Assembly: GCA_965113315.1 (NCBI GenBank) | Contig: OZ220368.1 | Direction: 5' to 3' (one strand) | DNA: 64,000 nt | DNA from: Podarcis vaucheri | Taxonomy: Eukaryota | Shown here: in pieces, positions 1-13,092 of the stretch | How the letters are laid out: each line of letters opens with the position of its first letter | Position numbering within the stretch: position 1 is the stretch's first letter | Position numbers and translations under genes: made by a program | Notes under the pieces: generated by a model | The model's database searches: none | What the model was told of the DNA's origin: nothing | The model's input: the letters and a program-made list of their open reading frames with translations, nothing else

Positions 1-1746
1 TCGGATACCTTGCAGTGTGTCTTAGCAGAGGCCCAACCAGATACCCAATAATTTCCTGGTTTTCCTTGCCCCCTTGTGTTTAGCCAGATGCAATTCTGTA
101 GTGTGAAAGGAATGTAGACTGCACCGCTGAGAGGGTTTTGAAATAAGTTGCCAATTAATTTGCGAACTGTTTTGATCACAGCCGATTGGTATGCACATTT
201 GTTCACAAATCTGTGAAATGGGGAAATTTCATTTAAATCAGCAGGCTGTTCTTTCTGTGCCAACCTAGGCAACTTGTTGTCTTGTGTGTTTAAGTTTCAC
301 AAAAACCATTGCACTTACTTTAGTAGGGGATCACTTCTTACTCTGTTTCCTGGGGATTTTGCTGGATCAAGCTTCTTGTCTATAGAAGAGTTTTTCACTC
401 TTGATTACCATGTACATGTGCATGTATGTGATTGGTTTTCTCTAGTTATACGCCTAATCAAGCTATACATATTTTTTTGGGAAAAAGGATGGGGGGGGGG
501 GAACAGCCATTGCTGTTTCTTTGTAGCCCCTGGCGTCAGTGTTGCCCCATGCAAGCTCTGATGTAATGATGAAGGGAGCCAATCCCAAGCTCCTGTGAAA
601 CGTGGCTGAGGGATCGGCCTGTGGGTCCAGCAGATTTGCTTCTCTGCAGGCAGAGTGGGAGCTTCACCCCCAAAAGCCTCTTAGCTGCAGTGGCAAGCTC
701 TGCCACCAGTGTGCCTTTGCAGATGGTGCTCTGTCAGTAGGGACAAAAATGGGTGTGTTGGGGGAGCCTTTGGATTCTCGGGACCCAACAACTTCCCACT
801 CCCCTAACAGCCCCTGGAGCTGGCATAGTTCTCCACCCCCATTGCCTTTGAAACCAATGCCTTGGATAATTTCTGTCTTGGCTAGCATGGGCTTGACTTG
901 GGTTTAGGAAGAGGCTGTTCCTTCTCCCTCAACGGCACCCCTCCCCAACCTCTGTCAGGTTGCTCTGCCCATCTCCATGAGACTTTTTGTGCCGGATCTT
1001 AGACTTGTTACAAAGTGTAGACCAGACTTTCTCAGCCTGGTGCTCTCCAAATGGCTTGGACTACAGCTCCCATCAGCCCACAGCTGGAGGGCACTAGATT
1101 GGGAAAGGCTGCTGTGGGCTCTGTCTTCATATCCAGTCTCTTCTCTTCCTCTTTCCCTCCCTCTCGGTTTCACAGAACCAGGGCTGGTTGCTCTTTCAGT
1201 TTTTACCTTTGACATCCTGCTCGTAGAAGAGTTCTGGGAAACTGGAAAGTTTGCCTACCACTTTGTTAAGTGATGTCCCATTAATACTTTTTGGTCTTAA
1301 ACCTCAACTCCTTGTACTTCTGAGCCTAAGGGACAGGAAATGCTCTGGTACAAATAATTCAGTAGATCAGTCTTTGGGTACTGTATTCATGCGAATAAAA
1401 ATAGTTGCTGAATTATAACTGACCGGACCTGGAGTGGAACTTGAGAGAGGTGCACATTTCTCTATACTGGATTTTTAATTTTTAAGCCCTAGATTGCCCT
1501 GTATAAAGGAAACATCCTACATACTTTCTATTCACTCCTGGGCAGATCTGGCAGGAGAAAAGGCATGTCAGGAATCTTGGAATAAATGGTCTGTGCTTTA
1601 TCCTACACTGGTTGGGCAGATCCAAGCTTGTAACACTGAAACAGAAATTCAGTTGGCAAGAGAATAGCTGCCTTCTCCTGACAACAGGTGGCAAGAATAG
1701 GATGCTGGAGGCAGAGAATGAGCCATTGCCCCTCCCCAACCTTTTA

Positions 1747-1895
1747 AGTGTGGTGGAGTCTCCTACTTTGGAGGTCTTTAAGCAGAGGCTTGACAACCAT
1801 ATGTCAGGAGTGCTCTGATGGTGTTTCCTGCTTGGCAGGGGGTTGGACTCGATGGCCCTTGTGGTCTCTTCCAACTCTATGATTCTATGATTCTA
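1747..1895 (+). mobile_element. CR1 LINE 3' end (5'-truncated)
   Basis: End of ORF2 ([22 protein letters not shown]), 3' UTR and (ATTCTATG)n tail. One mismatch to the copy at 32899-33046. Confidence 0.9.
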
Positions 1896-2769
1896 AGAAA
1901 CCTGTGGGAAGTGCAGTAATGTTTGATTTGCAACCATGATGCTGTTAAACCTATTTCATATAAAAAAGAGGGCTACATGTAACTCAGCGGCAAAGCACCT
2001 AGTTTGCACGGAGAAGTCCCAGGTTGTCTTAGGGGGTTTGTGAGAATAAAAGGAGAAAGGAAAGAGCCACAAATGCTTTTTAAAAAAATAATTTTGATTA
2101 TAACCATTTCCAGAATCACATTCAGATATACATTTCCACCAATTTCCCTTCTTCCCTTCCCCGATTGCTTTAATTTCCTCACCATTCCCGCATATTCTTA
2201 TATATCCATTTAGATGACTTTCCCCCCTTTATTCTTCCTTTATTATATATTCCCAGTACTCTTTTAACTATTTTGCATGCCCTTGGAGAAATGGCTGTAT
2301 GAGAACAGAAGAGGAGCCTTGTTCTTCTTGCCAGTGGCCCATCTAGCCCACAGTGGCCAACCAGCTACCTCTGGGAAGCCAGCAAGCAAAACCAACAGCA
2401 CTTGCCCTAGTTATGATTCCTAGCACTTGGCATATTGCTTCCAACAGTGGAAGCAGAACATTGCTGTTCCAGCTGGTAGTCACGGACAACCTTATCAGTC
2501 ATGAAAAAATACAATTGGCTATTGAAGCCTCTGCATTTCTCTCTCTTGCTCGCTCACTCCTTCTTAGAAAAATGTGCCCCTCAACTTCCAGTGTAGCAAA
2601 TGCTTTCCTTTTCCTTTTGCACCTTCTCTGTTGTCTCCCACGTTACAGGTGGGCAGCCTCAACTCTGCTCTTCCCCGAGGGCCTTAAGTCTAGCACCATA
2701 GCTGCTGCGCACCCCCCCCAAGTCCTTGTTCCTTGGCATCTAACTGAGCCCTGTGCATTTCTCCCTTAG

Positions 2770-3369
2770 ATCTGCAACTGGTTCATCAACGCCAGGCGCA
2801 GGCTCCTCCCTGACATGCTGCTTAAGGACGGCAAGGATCCCAACCAGTTCACCATATCTCGCCGTGGTGCCAAATCTGCTGATGTGACACTGACCCATGC
2901 AGCCGCCGCCGCCGCCACCACAGGGTCCGGACTCCTAATGGTGCCTCCTGCCTCCTCTGCCTCCTCCAAGCTGCTCTCCATGTCGGTCTGCTCGCCCATG
3001 ACCTGCCACCCTGCCCGGCCCCTGGCTGGCAGCCTGACTGTGGTGACGAGTGAGCAGGAGAGCCCTCGCCCCACCTTCCAGCAGGTCAAGCTCGAACCTC
3101 ACCCCAAGCAGCCGCAGCTGAGCGCGACGGGCAGCACTCTGGCTCTCCTGACCAGGGCAGATGCCGCCAGCCCCACCAGCGGACTCTTCAACACGCCGCC
3201 GCCGACTCCGCCCGAGCTCTTCGGAGAGGACTTCAGCAGTTTCCAGTTGCTGGTGGAAGTGGCCTTGCAAAGGGCAGCTGAGCTTGACTCGCAGAAGCTG
3301 AGCGGGCAGCTGCCTCCGTCACTGCAGAGAGAGGCCGCCGCGCCAGCCCTCTCCAGAAAAACCAAGTAG
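2770..3369 (+). CDS. TGIF2: TGIF2 (TALE homeobox TGFB-induced factor 2), last coding exon; upstream exons lie outside the window
   Basis: Pyrimidine tract plus acceptor ccttAG at 2768-2769, then [33 protein letters not shown] (homeodomain helix 3 and the TGIF-specific extension). It also has [11 protein letters not shown] and [19 protein letters not shown], with TAG at 3367-3369. [22 protein letters not shown] and EDFSSF match TGIF2 rather than TGIF1 (VCNWF, QDFSGFQLLVDVALKRAAE). Confidence 0.95.
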   Translation: MCNWFINARRRLLPDMLLKDGKDPNQFTISRRGAKSADVTLTHAAAAAATTGSGLLMVPPASSASSKLLSMSVCSPMTCHPARPLAGSLTVVTSEQESPRPTFQQVKLEPHPKQPQLSATGSTLALLTRADAASPTSGLFNTPPPTPPELFGEDFSSFQLLVEVALQRAAELDSQKLSGQLPPSLQREAAAPALSRKTK

Positions 3370-4888
3370 CTTTCTCCAGCCACTAGCTCCTTTTGGAGGC
3401 TTTGGGGGTTCCCCTGCTCCTTCTCCCGAGTTTTTCTGTTGGCCTCTGCACTGAGGGTCTTCCCTGCCAGATGTTAACGCTGTGATATGGCTACCCCTCA
3501 ACCAGGAGCAAAACAAGCCGGGGCTTCCTTGGCCGTTTTGACGCTGTGCTGCCAGCTCACCTCGGCTTCTAGAACGAAACACTGTCTCCGCCGCAAAGCA
3601 GGAGGACAACACATCCTTTGGCTAGCGTTTCACTTTTTCTGGACCTTGCCAGCATCCTTTCCTCCTGTTGAAGCCGCGTGGAGGACACTGTCTGACTAGG
3701 GGGGTGCCTGAACCACGCACAATCTGCTCTTGAAAGGACCGAGAGGCCTTAACGTGCTCTGAGAGAACATGGCTGGTGTTCTGTTACTGTGACTTTGTGT
3801 TTTATTTTTTTGCTGTGGAGCATCCTTGTGCAGAGGTCCTTCTCTTCTCCCACTTTTTTTTGAAGCCTGCTGACATGGAAGAGAACAGGAAAAAGGGTCC
3901 AACACGTAGCGGAGGAGAGATAATTAAAAAACAAAAAAACCAAGTACCTTAAAAATACGAATTATGGCGGGGAGGCGAAATGAGTGGTTTCACCTCTGCC
4001 CAGAGAATCCTAACGCGTGTCCTTTTTGGGGGCGGGCGGGCAGGGGTTGTTTCTGTTTTGCTGTTTCTGTAGCATAACTTCTTTGACATACTCTTGGTCT
4101 GGTGCGCATGAGTGGCTGGCCCCTGCATGTTGCCCAACCGGAGTCCCTGGCATGAGCAGATTTAACTGGAAATGTTAATGTTTGTGGCACCCCTCTCTCT
4201 TTCCACTGGGAGGTGGAGAGGGGGAACAATCAACGACCACCCTTCGAATACTGGTGCCAGTTTAAAAAAAAAGTATGGTGCTGTTTGAGCAATTTTATTA
4301 TTATTTTAGGTTCTGGCTTTTTGTGACTTCATCCATTCCTCTCCCTGTGTTTTCCCCCATGTCATGTTTGGAGATGCACCGATGTGATCAGAGTGGCAGG
4401 GAAGGATGCTCTGCTGGCTGAGAAGCAGCAAAGGGGCATTTCAGAGGTGGGGAAGAGGGATAGGTTCTGGAACAAGACTCTTTGACTGTGAAGTTGCTTT
4501 AAACAACCCTTTCTTCTTTGTTTTTCATTTTGAATTTTGTTGGTCGTGGACTGTAACTCGGGAAATCTAAGGTGTCTTTATGGATGTGCTGACAAAACTA
4601 CCTATAAGGGGGGCGGGGGGGGGTAAACAACCAACCTCCCGACTTTGTTTTGGATCCTTGCTCTCATCATGCTGAATGTAGTTTCTCTTTTGCTGATGGA
4701 GCACAGGTGCCCTCTTGTGGCCAGGAAGGGAGGTTGAACAGAGTAGGGTCTTCCATAGTGAATCACAACCTCTCCTGCAGACTACAAGCTGTGTGTGACC
4801 CTGAAATTGCCTCCCTATATGATTTGATGTGTCCCCATGTACTTGGCAGAAATTTAGACCCACCTGATAGTATCTGATCCCCCTTGAG

Positions 4889-5022
4889 AAGTGTTTTCCA
4901 AACTTGGGTCTCTAGCTGTTTTTGAACTGCAACTCCCATTATCCCTGACCTGATCCAGCTAGCTAGAGATGATGGGAGTTGTAGCCCCAAAATAGCTAGA
5001 GACCTACGTCTGGGAAACACTG
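4889..5022. mobile_element. Palindromic MITE (hAT-like) in the TGIF2 3' UTR
   Basis: Imperfect inverted arms of ~58 bp (agtgttttccaaac...gtctgggaaacactg). Degenerate 8-bp flanks cccttgag/cccaagag. A related copy follows at ~5035-5170. Confidence 0.7.
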
Positions 5023-6709
5023 CCCAAGAGAGAGGGCATGTGGAAGCCCATGGCCCCACCGGATGTTGCTGGAGTTCCAACTCCCATCATCCCTGACCAG
5101 TAGCTGGGGGGGGGGCATGCTGGTTTGGATGGGAGGGAGTTGGGAGCCCCAGCAGCATAAGCAGGGCCATATATTTTCTTCATCTGTGGTCCATGCCCTG
5201 GATTTAAGGGGGCGGGAAGCTGGGGGTTTGCAAGATTGAACTGCTAAGACATGCATATATTTTTCATTGAGTTACGCCCCCCCCTTTGGCCTGAGACCAG
5301 GAACTTGCAAAACACAGAGTGCCCTGGGTGATATGAACATCCACCTTTTTTATTTTAATAGTGCTGTTTCACTGTAAATGTAAGTTAAATAGTGATCTAT
5401 TATATACACCTATATATCTTGAAAAACACTAATTTTTAGAAGGTGTTAGCCTAATTTTTACGTTGCATGAATAGTAAAGCTAAAAAGCCCAGCAGGATGC
5501 AACTTTTCACATTTTTGTTCTCGAACTAGGTGAGCAAACCTGGTGTCGAAAAACGACAAGGACAGCAGTGAGTGCATTGGAGAACTGGAACTAATAGGGT
5601 GGGAATTGTTATGGGCTTAATGGAACATTGTGGTGTGCCTCCCCCCTTTTGCAAATTACAGATTTAGGGCTAAGATTGGTACAACCTGTAATTGCTGCTG
5701 CACAAATAATTGCCTGCTTTCCTTTTGTTGGTACTTTTTGATCTTCGGTGATCCTTTATCAATCAGCAGGGTATAGCGTAACTCTGTCTAGAGAGCTGCC
5801 GTTTTCACATATTGATCCAGAAATTTGAAAAAGCAAATACATTGCCAAATTGTGCTGCTTTCTGTTTTGAAAAGCCTGAAGAGCTGTCGTGTAACATACT
5901 TGGTTTTTTGTTTGTTTGCTTAATTCTAAAATCTTGTGGATTAATTTGACTATTTGCATTGAATCTCTGGAAGGTGGCTCCTTCCATCTCCTTCTCAAGC
6001 TTGGTTCCTATCTTGTTTTCTGGATTGTGGAAGCAAAACTTCTTGCTTCCCCCCCCCCCCTCCAATTTTTTTATTGATTTTCCAAAAATTTTTAGATAGA
6101 CAAACAAACATAAATCTTAACTGTACTTAATCCAATCTTAGTAACATTTTTAAGTGACTTCCTCGAATCCCCCTGACTAAATTTCAGTCTATATTATTAT
6201 AACAGTTTTCCAAAATTGACCTTGCTTTTTATAGGCTTTCAAGAATTATGTATCCCTTCAAAGTGTCACTGAAATTGGCAAGATACTTTTAAGCAGCAGC
6301 ATCCCAAGTCCAACTGAAGATACTTAGTCATGTTCACACTCTTAATTAAAAATGTTTGAGTAGTTTCCCCTCCTCTACCCTCAATTAGGCCCCCTTGACT
6401 TGGGCTGGATTGGCAGCTGTTTGATTAGAATTGTGCCTCCATTAAATGAAGCAGTTTGAACCTTCTTTCCTGGCACTGCAGGAAACCTAAGCAGATCTGA
6501 AATTGCTGCACTAGGTAACAAGAGCAATGTTTCAGTTCCTACAATGCACTGACTATTCTTGCTGTATCTTATTTGTCCAAACGATATGGAGACCTTGTTT
6601 TTGATGGGATGGGAAGTTAAAAAAGGACAAAAAAAGAGAGAATATTCTTTTGTCTGATGTTTATGAAGCAAAAAACTACTGTAAATAACTGTTTTGGATT
6701 TTTTTAATC

Positions 6710-6715
6710 AATAAA
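6710..6715 (+). terminator. Polyadenylation signal for TGIF2
   Basis: AATAAA with a T-rich upstream region and downstream gtttgtatggtctctgtgtgt. A Pumilio-type TGTAAATA lies at 6680-6687. Confidence 0.6.
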
Positions 6716-7828
6716 GTTTTTTTAAAAACACACCACACCTAGTTTGTATGGTCTCTGTGTGTAAGAACTCTGACCTTCCTCTCTGGCTCTTTGCATCCAG
6801 TGTTGTGTGAATGTACGTACAGGTGCATACAGTGACTGCCCTTACCCTATGCAGAGGGTCATAAAAGCAGACAGCAGAATTCTGTAATGTAGAAGCTCGA
6901 TTGGTGAAGGAGTTTGGCATATACAGAACACAACTTAGTCATTTCTTCTTAACGGCAGGTGTGCTAGCATATTGAAAAGGGGAGCTTTCACTGACAGAAT
7001 CAGAGCAACAATCCCTGGTATTTCTAAAGTAGGCCACATACAGTTTTTGTACAAAATACTTTATCTTTCCAGTGCCCTCTTTTTTTTTTTTTAAAAAAAG
7101 TCACATTGGCACTTGGTCCCCTGCTTCCTGAACAAATCAGTGGCAAGAGGGTTTTGCCCCCTACTTTGGGCAGAGGGGGTTGATTTTTTTTTTAAAAAAG
7201 CGTAATATACGTATTAGGAAAAGGGCAGGCAGGCAAATGTTGCACTGCTAGAGAGAGCTCTGCCTTCCCTGCATCCACGGCTACTAATTCTTCCTCCATG
7301 TTCACAATTACGACCAGTTGCTGGAGATCACAGGAGTGGGAAGAACAGGACTACTCCTGTGCTCAGATCCTGCTTCCCAGTTTCCCACAGGCTTATGGCC
7401 ACTGTGAGAACATTTGCAAATTACTTCTCTGGGTATAAAAACAAACCGCCTGGTGGCAGGCTAAAGGCCTGTCAAAATGAAAAAGTGGTGGAAACCATCA
7501 TGGTGGTATGCAAGCTGGACCTGCAAAGGCTGGCTATTTCATAGACCAAAGCAGAGGAGGTTAGTCACTGCCAGCCTTTAGGAGTAAGTTTCCTCCTCTG
7601 ATGGTCTGAAGGGTGTTGGAGAGGGACCTGGGTGCATCCCTGGACCCAGCTAAATTGGGTGAAATCTGGACCATTGACCCCAGTCTCTCAGAAGAAGAGT
7701 TTTCCTAGACTCCTGGATTCACAGCCCAGTTGACTGGCCAATACACACTGGACTGAGCAGCCACTTGATGTTGGAAGGCTGCCCTGGAAAAGGTACTTAC
7801 CAGCACCAATTGTGGGAATGTGGTCTAG

Positions 7829-8179
7829 GTGAAGGTAAAGGGACCCCTGACCATTAGGTCCAGTCGTGGCCAACTCGGGTTGCAGCGCTCATCTCGCTTT
7901 ATTGGCCGAGGGAGCCGGCGTACAGCTTCCGAGTCATGTTGCCAGCATGACTAAGCCGCTTCTGGCGAACCAGAGCAGCGCATGGAAACGCCGTTTACCT
8001 TCCCGCTGGAGCAGTACCTATTTATCTACTTTTACTTTGACGTGCTTTTGAACTGCTAGGTTGGCAGGAGCAGGGATCGAGCAATGGGAGCTCACCCCGT
8101 CACGGGGATTCAAACCACCGACCACCTGATCGGCAAACCCTAGGCTCTGTGGTTTAACCCACAGCGCCACCCGTGTCCC
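7829..8179 (-). mobile_element. Sauria SINE (Squam1)
   Basis: Reverse complement of the GGGACrCGGGTGGCGCTGTGGG head and ACCTTT-type tail. TSD gaatgtggtctag at 7816-7828 and 8185-8197. Confidence 0.92.
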
Positions 8180-10500
8180 TCTGAGAATGTGGTCTAGTTT
8201 GTCTCAAAAAACCAAAGTGTTGGGAGACATTTGTTCTGTATTAGGCAGGAGATTGATAAAAGATCCCAAATCATGTCTGCAAAAATGATGATTAAAATAA
8301 TCCTGGGTTCTCTCAAAGACAAACTTGGATGGGTGTTTTTTTCAGGGTGGGGGAAATCTATGCAAAATCACACACATTCAGGAGGATCTATTTTCACTGT
8401 ACTGTATCTTAACTCCTTTGTAAAAACAAAGCATCTGTATGTGTGTGTGTTCTCCCTGTCCTTTGGGGAGAGGGAAGGGTGATTCGGGGAAAGGGCGAGA
8501 GAAGAAACCGGAGATGATTCCTAACACTCTAAAGAAGCCCATGGGCTGGTAAGGGTTGGCAACCCTTATTCCAGAAGCATGCTGGAAAAAGCCTGCATCA
8601 AAAATTAATCTGAGCATCCTCATTCCACACATCAGACAATAGTTAATTGTAGGTGGCCAATATGAACTTTTGCAGAAATCAAAACATAATTCTGCTCTGC
8701 AACCTCAGGACTATCACTCAGGGTCTCCCATTACTTCCTATTCCTCTTACATTTGATATTAAAGATCACCGCTCTTTGAAGAAGAGCAACAAGCTAAGTT
8801 GTCATCCTTTGTAAACTAAGCTCTTCTGAGAGTGTTCTGAGACAGTTGGAAATGCTACATTTAGCCAATAAAATGATCTCAAAGTCGGAGTAGGGAAAAA
8901 GATATAATTACATTTGAGAAGATTACAGCAGCACTTCTTACCTGGCTTCCTGTGTTTCAAGTGGGTAATATGCAGAACCAAATTGAGTTTACACTCTGGT
9001 ATTACAATATCCATAGGAAAAAAGGAGAAAAAGAACACCCAACTGTGTTAGAGTATCATGCAAGTCCATAAACATGAGTTTATAAAATGCTCTGACCAAG
9101 GTTATTTTTATTTTTATTTTATTATTAATGATTGATTTGGTCATGCCCTCACGGGTGACAAAAAACATTCCCTAATCTAACTAAAACCCTTACTTTTAGA
9201 AACATGATTTCCCCACCCCCACTTTACTTGTTGTATCTGGTTGCCTGCTCTAGAATGGAGTTCAGAGAGTAAAGATCACAAACTGAGGCGTAGGGCACAA
9301 AAGAGGCACCTTTCTTTGTTTTACTGTCGTTTACAATGGCAGCAAGGTTCCCATTACAAGACGTTGGGCCACAGGGTCTAGATACAAGGTTTTTTGTTTC
9401 ATTTTCTTTAAAAAAATATTGCCACAAAGTTAACCACTATGGGGCTAAGCAATTCTTTCTTCCTGCTCCCCCCCACCAGCTATAAAACTAAGGGAAGCAG
9501 GTGAAATCACTTTGGGGTGGGGGGAGGGTCACCTTTTTTGCTTTCATAGTTGGAAAAACAAAATCATGTTATTGATCAAAGCACTATGGACATTGGTTTT
9601 TACATCCTCAGAATTATTAGATAATCAGAACTATAGAAGCATTTTTGGAGCAGTTTCACCAAACAGGGGCATCTCAGTGATGGTTCTTTTTGGGTTGTTT
9701 CTTGAGGGGAAAACTCCCCACTGACCCATCATCTTTCTCCAGAACTATTGCTAGAAGGGATGAGTATGTCACAACCATCTTCCTAGCCTTGTTACTGGGA
9801 CCAAACCTGTTCCTTTCTTTGCATGGTGCGGGAAGAGAAGACTGGACCAATATAAGGAAAGCTGAATCAAATGAATTTTGCAATCTACTTAACAGGCCTC
9901 ACCTGATTGAGGGCAGGCACTGGCTGCAACTTCATTACACCCATGCAGTAGTCTTAAAAGCTCCATTTAACCAAGCTGCTAACTTTCATGGCGCACAGAG
10001 GCGCAAATAAAATTTAACAGGTTTGGAAGTTTGTGTTCCAGAAGCAAGGTTGCTGTTTTTCTCCCTCTCCCACCTACTGGGCCCCCTGCTTTCTGTCCCC
10101 TGCAGATACTGTAGAGATCTGGGTGTCTGGAAAGACAATTGTTTCATCCCTGGATGCAAAGGTTTCTGTCACGAAGAGGGTAGTATTAATGAACTACCAA
10201 ACGTAGGTCATTTGCTACCTTGTCACTCTATTAGGTAAAACTAATTTGTACATAAAGCACTTTCCTCAGACTGGGTGAAGAAGTCTCCTGCAGAGGTGGG
10301 AGGTCTATCAAAGCAAAGGACAATTGACAGTTACACTGATCCAGCCACTGCAATAATTTTTATGCTTCTATGTCATTTCATGCAAGTGATATCCATCTTT
10401 CGGTGCTGTCTTGCAGCTCAAGAAGCAGTGACTACTAATTACACTACTTAAAAAAAAACACAGAAGAAAGAATGCTCAGAGCTATAAAATGAGGTGAAGG

Positions 10501-10506
10501 TTTATT
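10501..10506 (-). terminator. Candidate distal poly(A) signal of DLGAP4 (AATAAA)
   Basis: Minus strand AATAAA followed about 30 nt later by ttctttcttctgtgttttttttt. Confidence 0.5.
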
Positions 10507-11130
10507 GAAATCCAGTCACTTGTAAAACCAGCCAACTGCTGTTGCTTTGATCTCACCCCACCAACTAGATGAAAGCCCACACCTATTTCCTACCTATGGT
10601 TAGCAAAGCTGAAGACCTCCGGAGAGATCTCTGTTCATGACTCAAGCTTCCTTCACAGTGTCTTTTGAATCCAGTACCACTTCTATTCTTATTGCGACAG
10701 ACTGAAGCCACTTCACACACCTTTTTTAGGTGTACACATAAAACACTTTTTGAATACACCTAAGATATAAAAAGGACAAATGTGGTAAATACATGGGTTG
10801 TGTGGGTAGACATGCCAGAGAACAGGGAATCAGTTGTGTTCTCTTCTATGTATACATGTGGGGGGAAAACATTTGTTTGCTGCTACATAATTAGAAGCAG
10901 CAGCACTGAGGCAGGGGAAGTGAAAGGTCGCTTAGGCTGCCGTCCATAAAAACCAATTAAGGTGGATGTACGTAGATTTAACGTTTAATCCCATTGACTT
11001 CAAGCGGGAATCTCCGAGCTAAAAGACACTCACCAGCAACTGAGTCCATCAAGCAATTACCTGCCTAATTCCCGAGATTGCTGCCTTTGGAAACGTGAGT
11101 AAAACAAGTAGCATTCCACACATTTCAAAT

Positions 11131-11136
11131 TTTAAT
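11131..11136 (-). terminator. Candidate proximal poly(A) signal of DLGAP4 (ATTAAA)
   Basis: Minus strand reads ttctttgtATTAAAatttgaaatgtgtggaatgctacttgtttt: TGTA upstream and GT/T-rich downstream. Confidence 0.5.
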
Positions 11137-13092
11137 ACAAAGAACTGTGAAAGTCAGCCATTTGTTTCAAAAGTCAGTCAAGGACTGTCTACCATTGTTA
11201 TAAAGACATTTGAGGTAGGGGAAGGGAAAAGAGGGGAATAAATCAAGCTTGATTTGAAGCCACGGTCTATATGGCCAAGCTTCCACAGGTTACAAAAATG
11301 CACATTATGTGGGCAGCTGGAGAAATCTGTAACACTCTCTATGCATAGACACTGTACACAGCATTCACTGACATGATTTAAGTTGTAGCGTTTTATCATC
11401 ACCTCCTTAAATTACTAATGCACCAGAATAAAATTCCTTTGGAGTTTTGACCACCTGAACAACTTCTATCATCTTCCACAATGGTAGTGCACAGCTTTCA
11501 GACAAATGCACACTTTTTTGGTGGGGGGGGAGGAGGGGGCACAAGGTGTTGGGCAGAGGAGAAAGTTCGAATTGGCTATTTGACTCCTGGCTCCACAAAA
11601 TGAGGCCAAAATGGGAGAGGAGAAAGAGAGGAGGGTCAAACTGAAGGTTGATGACAGCATCCCCAAATAAGTTGGGACACAGAGGGGTGGGATGGGCAAG
11701 AGGAACCTGAAAATATGCAGGGTATATATTTTTGCACACACTTTTACACACATCTAGCTATAGTACATGTAAAAATATATGCTATACATACACCCACCCT
11801 CACCGAGGTGCTTTTTAAAGACACCCTCTGAATGCGTGCATGTGTGAATGGGTACGCATGTGTGCATGTGTGTGTGTGTACGAGTTAAATATACAGATCC
11901 TACTAAGTGTATATGTGCATATGTACACATACATACAGGTGGGCAGGCAAACTGCCAAGTCTCCATCAGCTACCTCCTCTTTGATTTTCTGTACAAAAGC
12001 CATTGTCCTCCACTGGAGAATATTACACACCCCTTTGATACAAGTCCCTCCCCATGTGTAGCAGCTGCTTTCTTATACACAGATCTTTGCACACACAAAA
12101 AAACACACATAAAATTGCAGGGAGGGAGGATTGTAGGAAAGAGAACAGAAGAATGTGGGGGGAACCTATGAATCTATGCTGTATATCTGACTGAGCACCC
12201 TGTGCGGGAAATCTTTCTGTTGCAGCACCATTCAAGGGAGTGTGCACAGGCCACAACAACTATCTTATTGCACTTGTTTTGCTTCCAGGCTGTGTTAACA
12301 TCCAACTCCATTTACATCCCACAGATCTCACCTTCGCTTTACATAATTAAACCAAAGCCCCACTGCCACCCACCCCGGGCCACCTACTCCCAACCCACCT
12401 CTAAGGGAAAACAATACATAATAAAATAAAAAAGCTGCTCGCTAGCAGAGTGCAACAAGAGCACACACTGAACAGGGTGTTTTCTTCTGGAGCTCTGTGG
12501 AAGATTTTACTTCTAACACAGTAAACGACACCATGCAGAAAAAGGATGACAAAGAAAGGGGAGCTAAGAACTACAGAACAGGAGAAAAACTAGGAGCAGG
12601 AGTAGAACGAGAGCAGAGAGGGGGGAAAGAAAGACTTTGTGGAGGGGAAGACAGAAAGAATACAGTGAGGAGAAAAAAGCGCAGCATGGCAAGTGCCCAA
12701 GGCTTTGTTTCAATTTTTGTCCATTTCATGTAAACAAGCTAATAATTCTCCTTAGATAGAACAAGTAAAAAGGTTGCAGTTCCAAGTCTGAAGGGCTGTG
12801 TTTCCAAGAGTCTGTTCCACCACACCACAGCCAGTGTGAAACAGGGTGGGAGAGAGAAAAACCCAAACCACAGAACCAGGAAGGGATTCTCCTTCAAAAT
12901 TTTCATTACTTAAAGCTGGAGGGGGGAAAAAAAGAAGAAGAGAGAGACAGACAGAGAGATAGCCAAATTGGGAGCCCTTTGTACGATTGGCTCTGTGTCT
13001 CTAGACCAAATAAATCGCACTAAATTTAGTGAACCTTATTTTTCCTTTTTAATGGCATGAAAAAGAGTGTGTTTTCTTCCTCTTCCCCTTGC

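Larger units (their letters stand above)
3370..6735 (+). other. TGIF2: TGIF2 3' UTR (end approximate)
   Basis: Runs from the stop to the first AATAAA I found (6710-6715), which is followed by a GT-rich element at ~6742-6762. Earlier ATTAAA variants exist, so the end is inferred. Confidence 0.6.
10480..13092 (-). other. DLGAP4: DLGAP4 3' UTR (end approximate; two candidate poly(A) sites)
   Basis: Follows TGA at 13093-13095. T-rich and TG-rich on the - strand, and free of obvious transposons. Confidence 0.6.

Noticed and set aside
11830-11940. ORFs and hairpin-like patterns in the alternating purine-pyrimidine tract of the DLGAP4 3' UTR
   Set aside because: Low-complexity TG/CA/TA sequence explains both.
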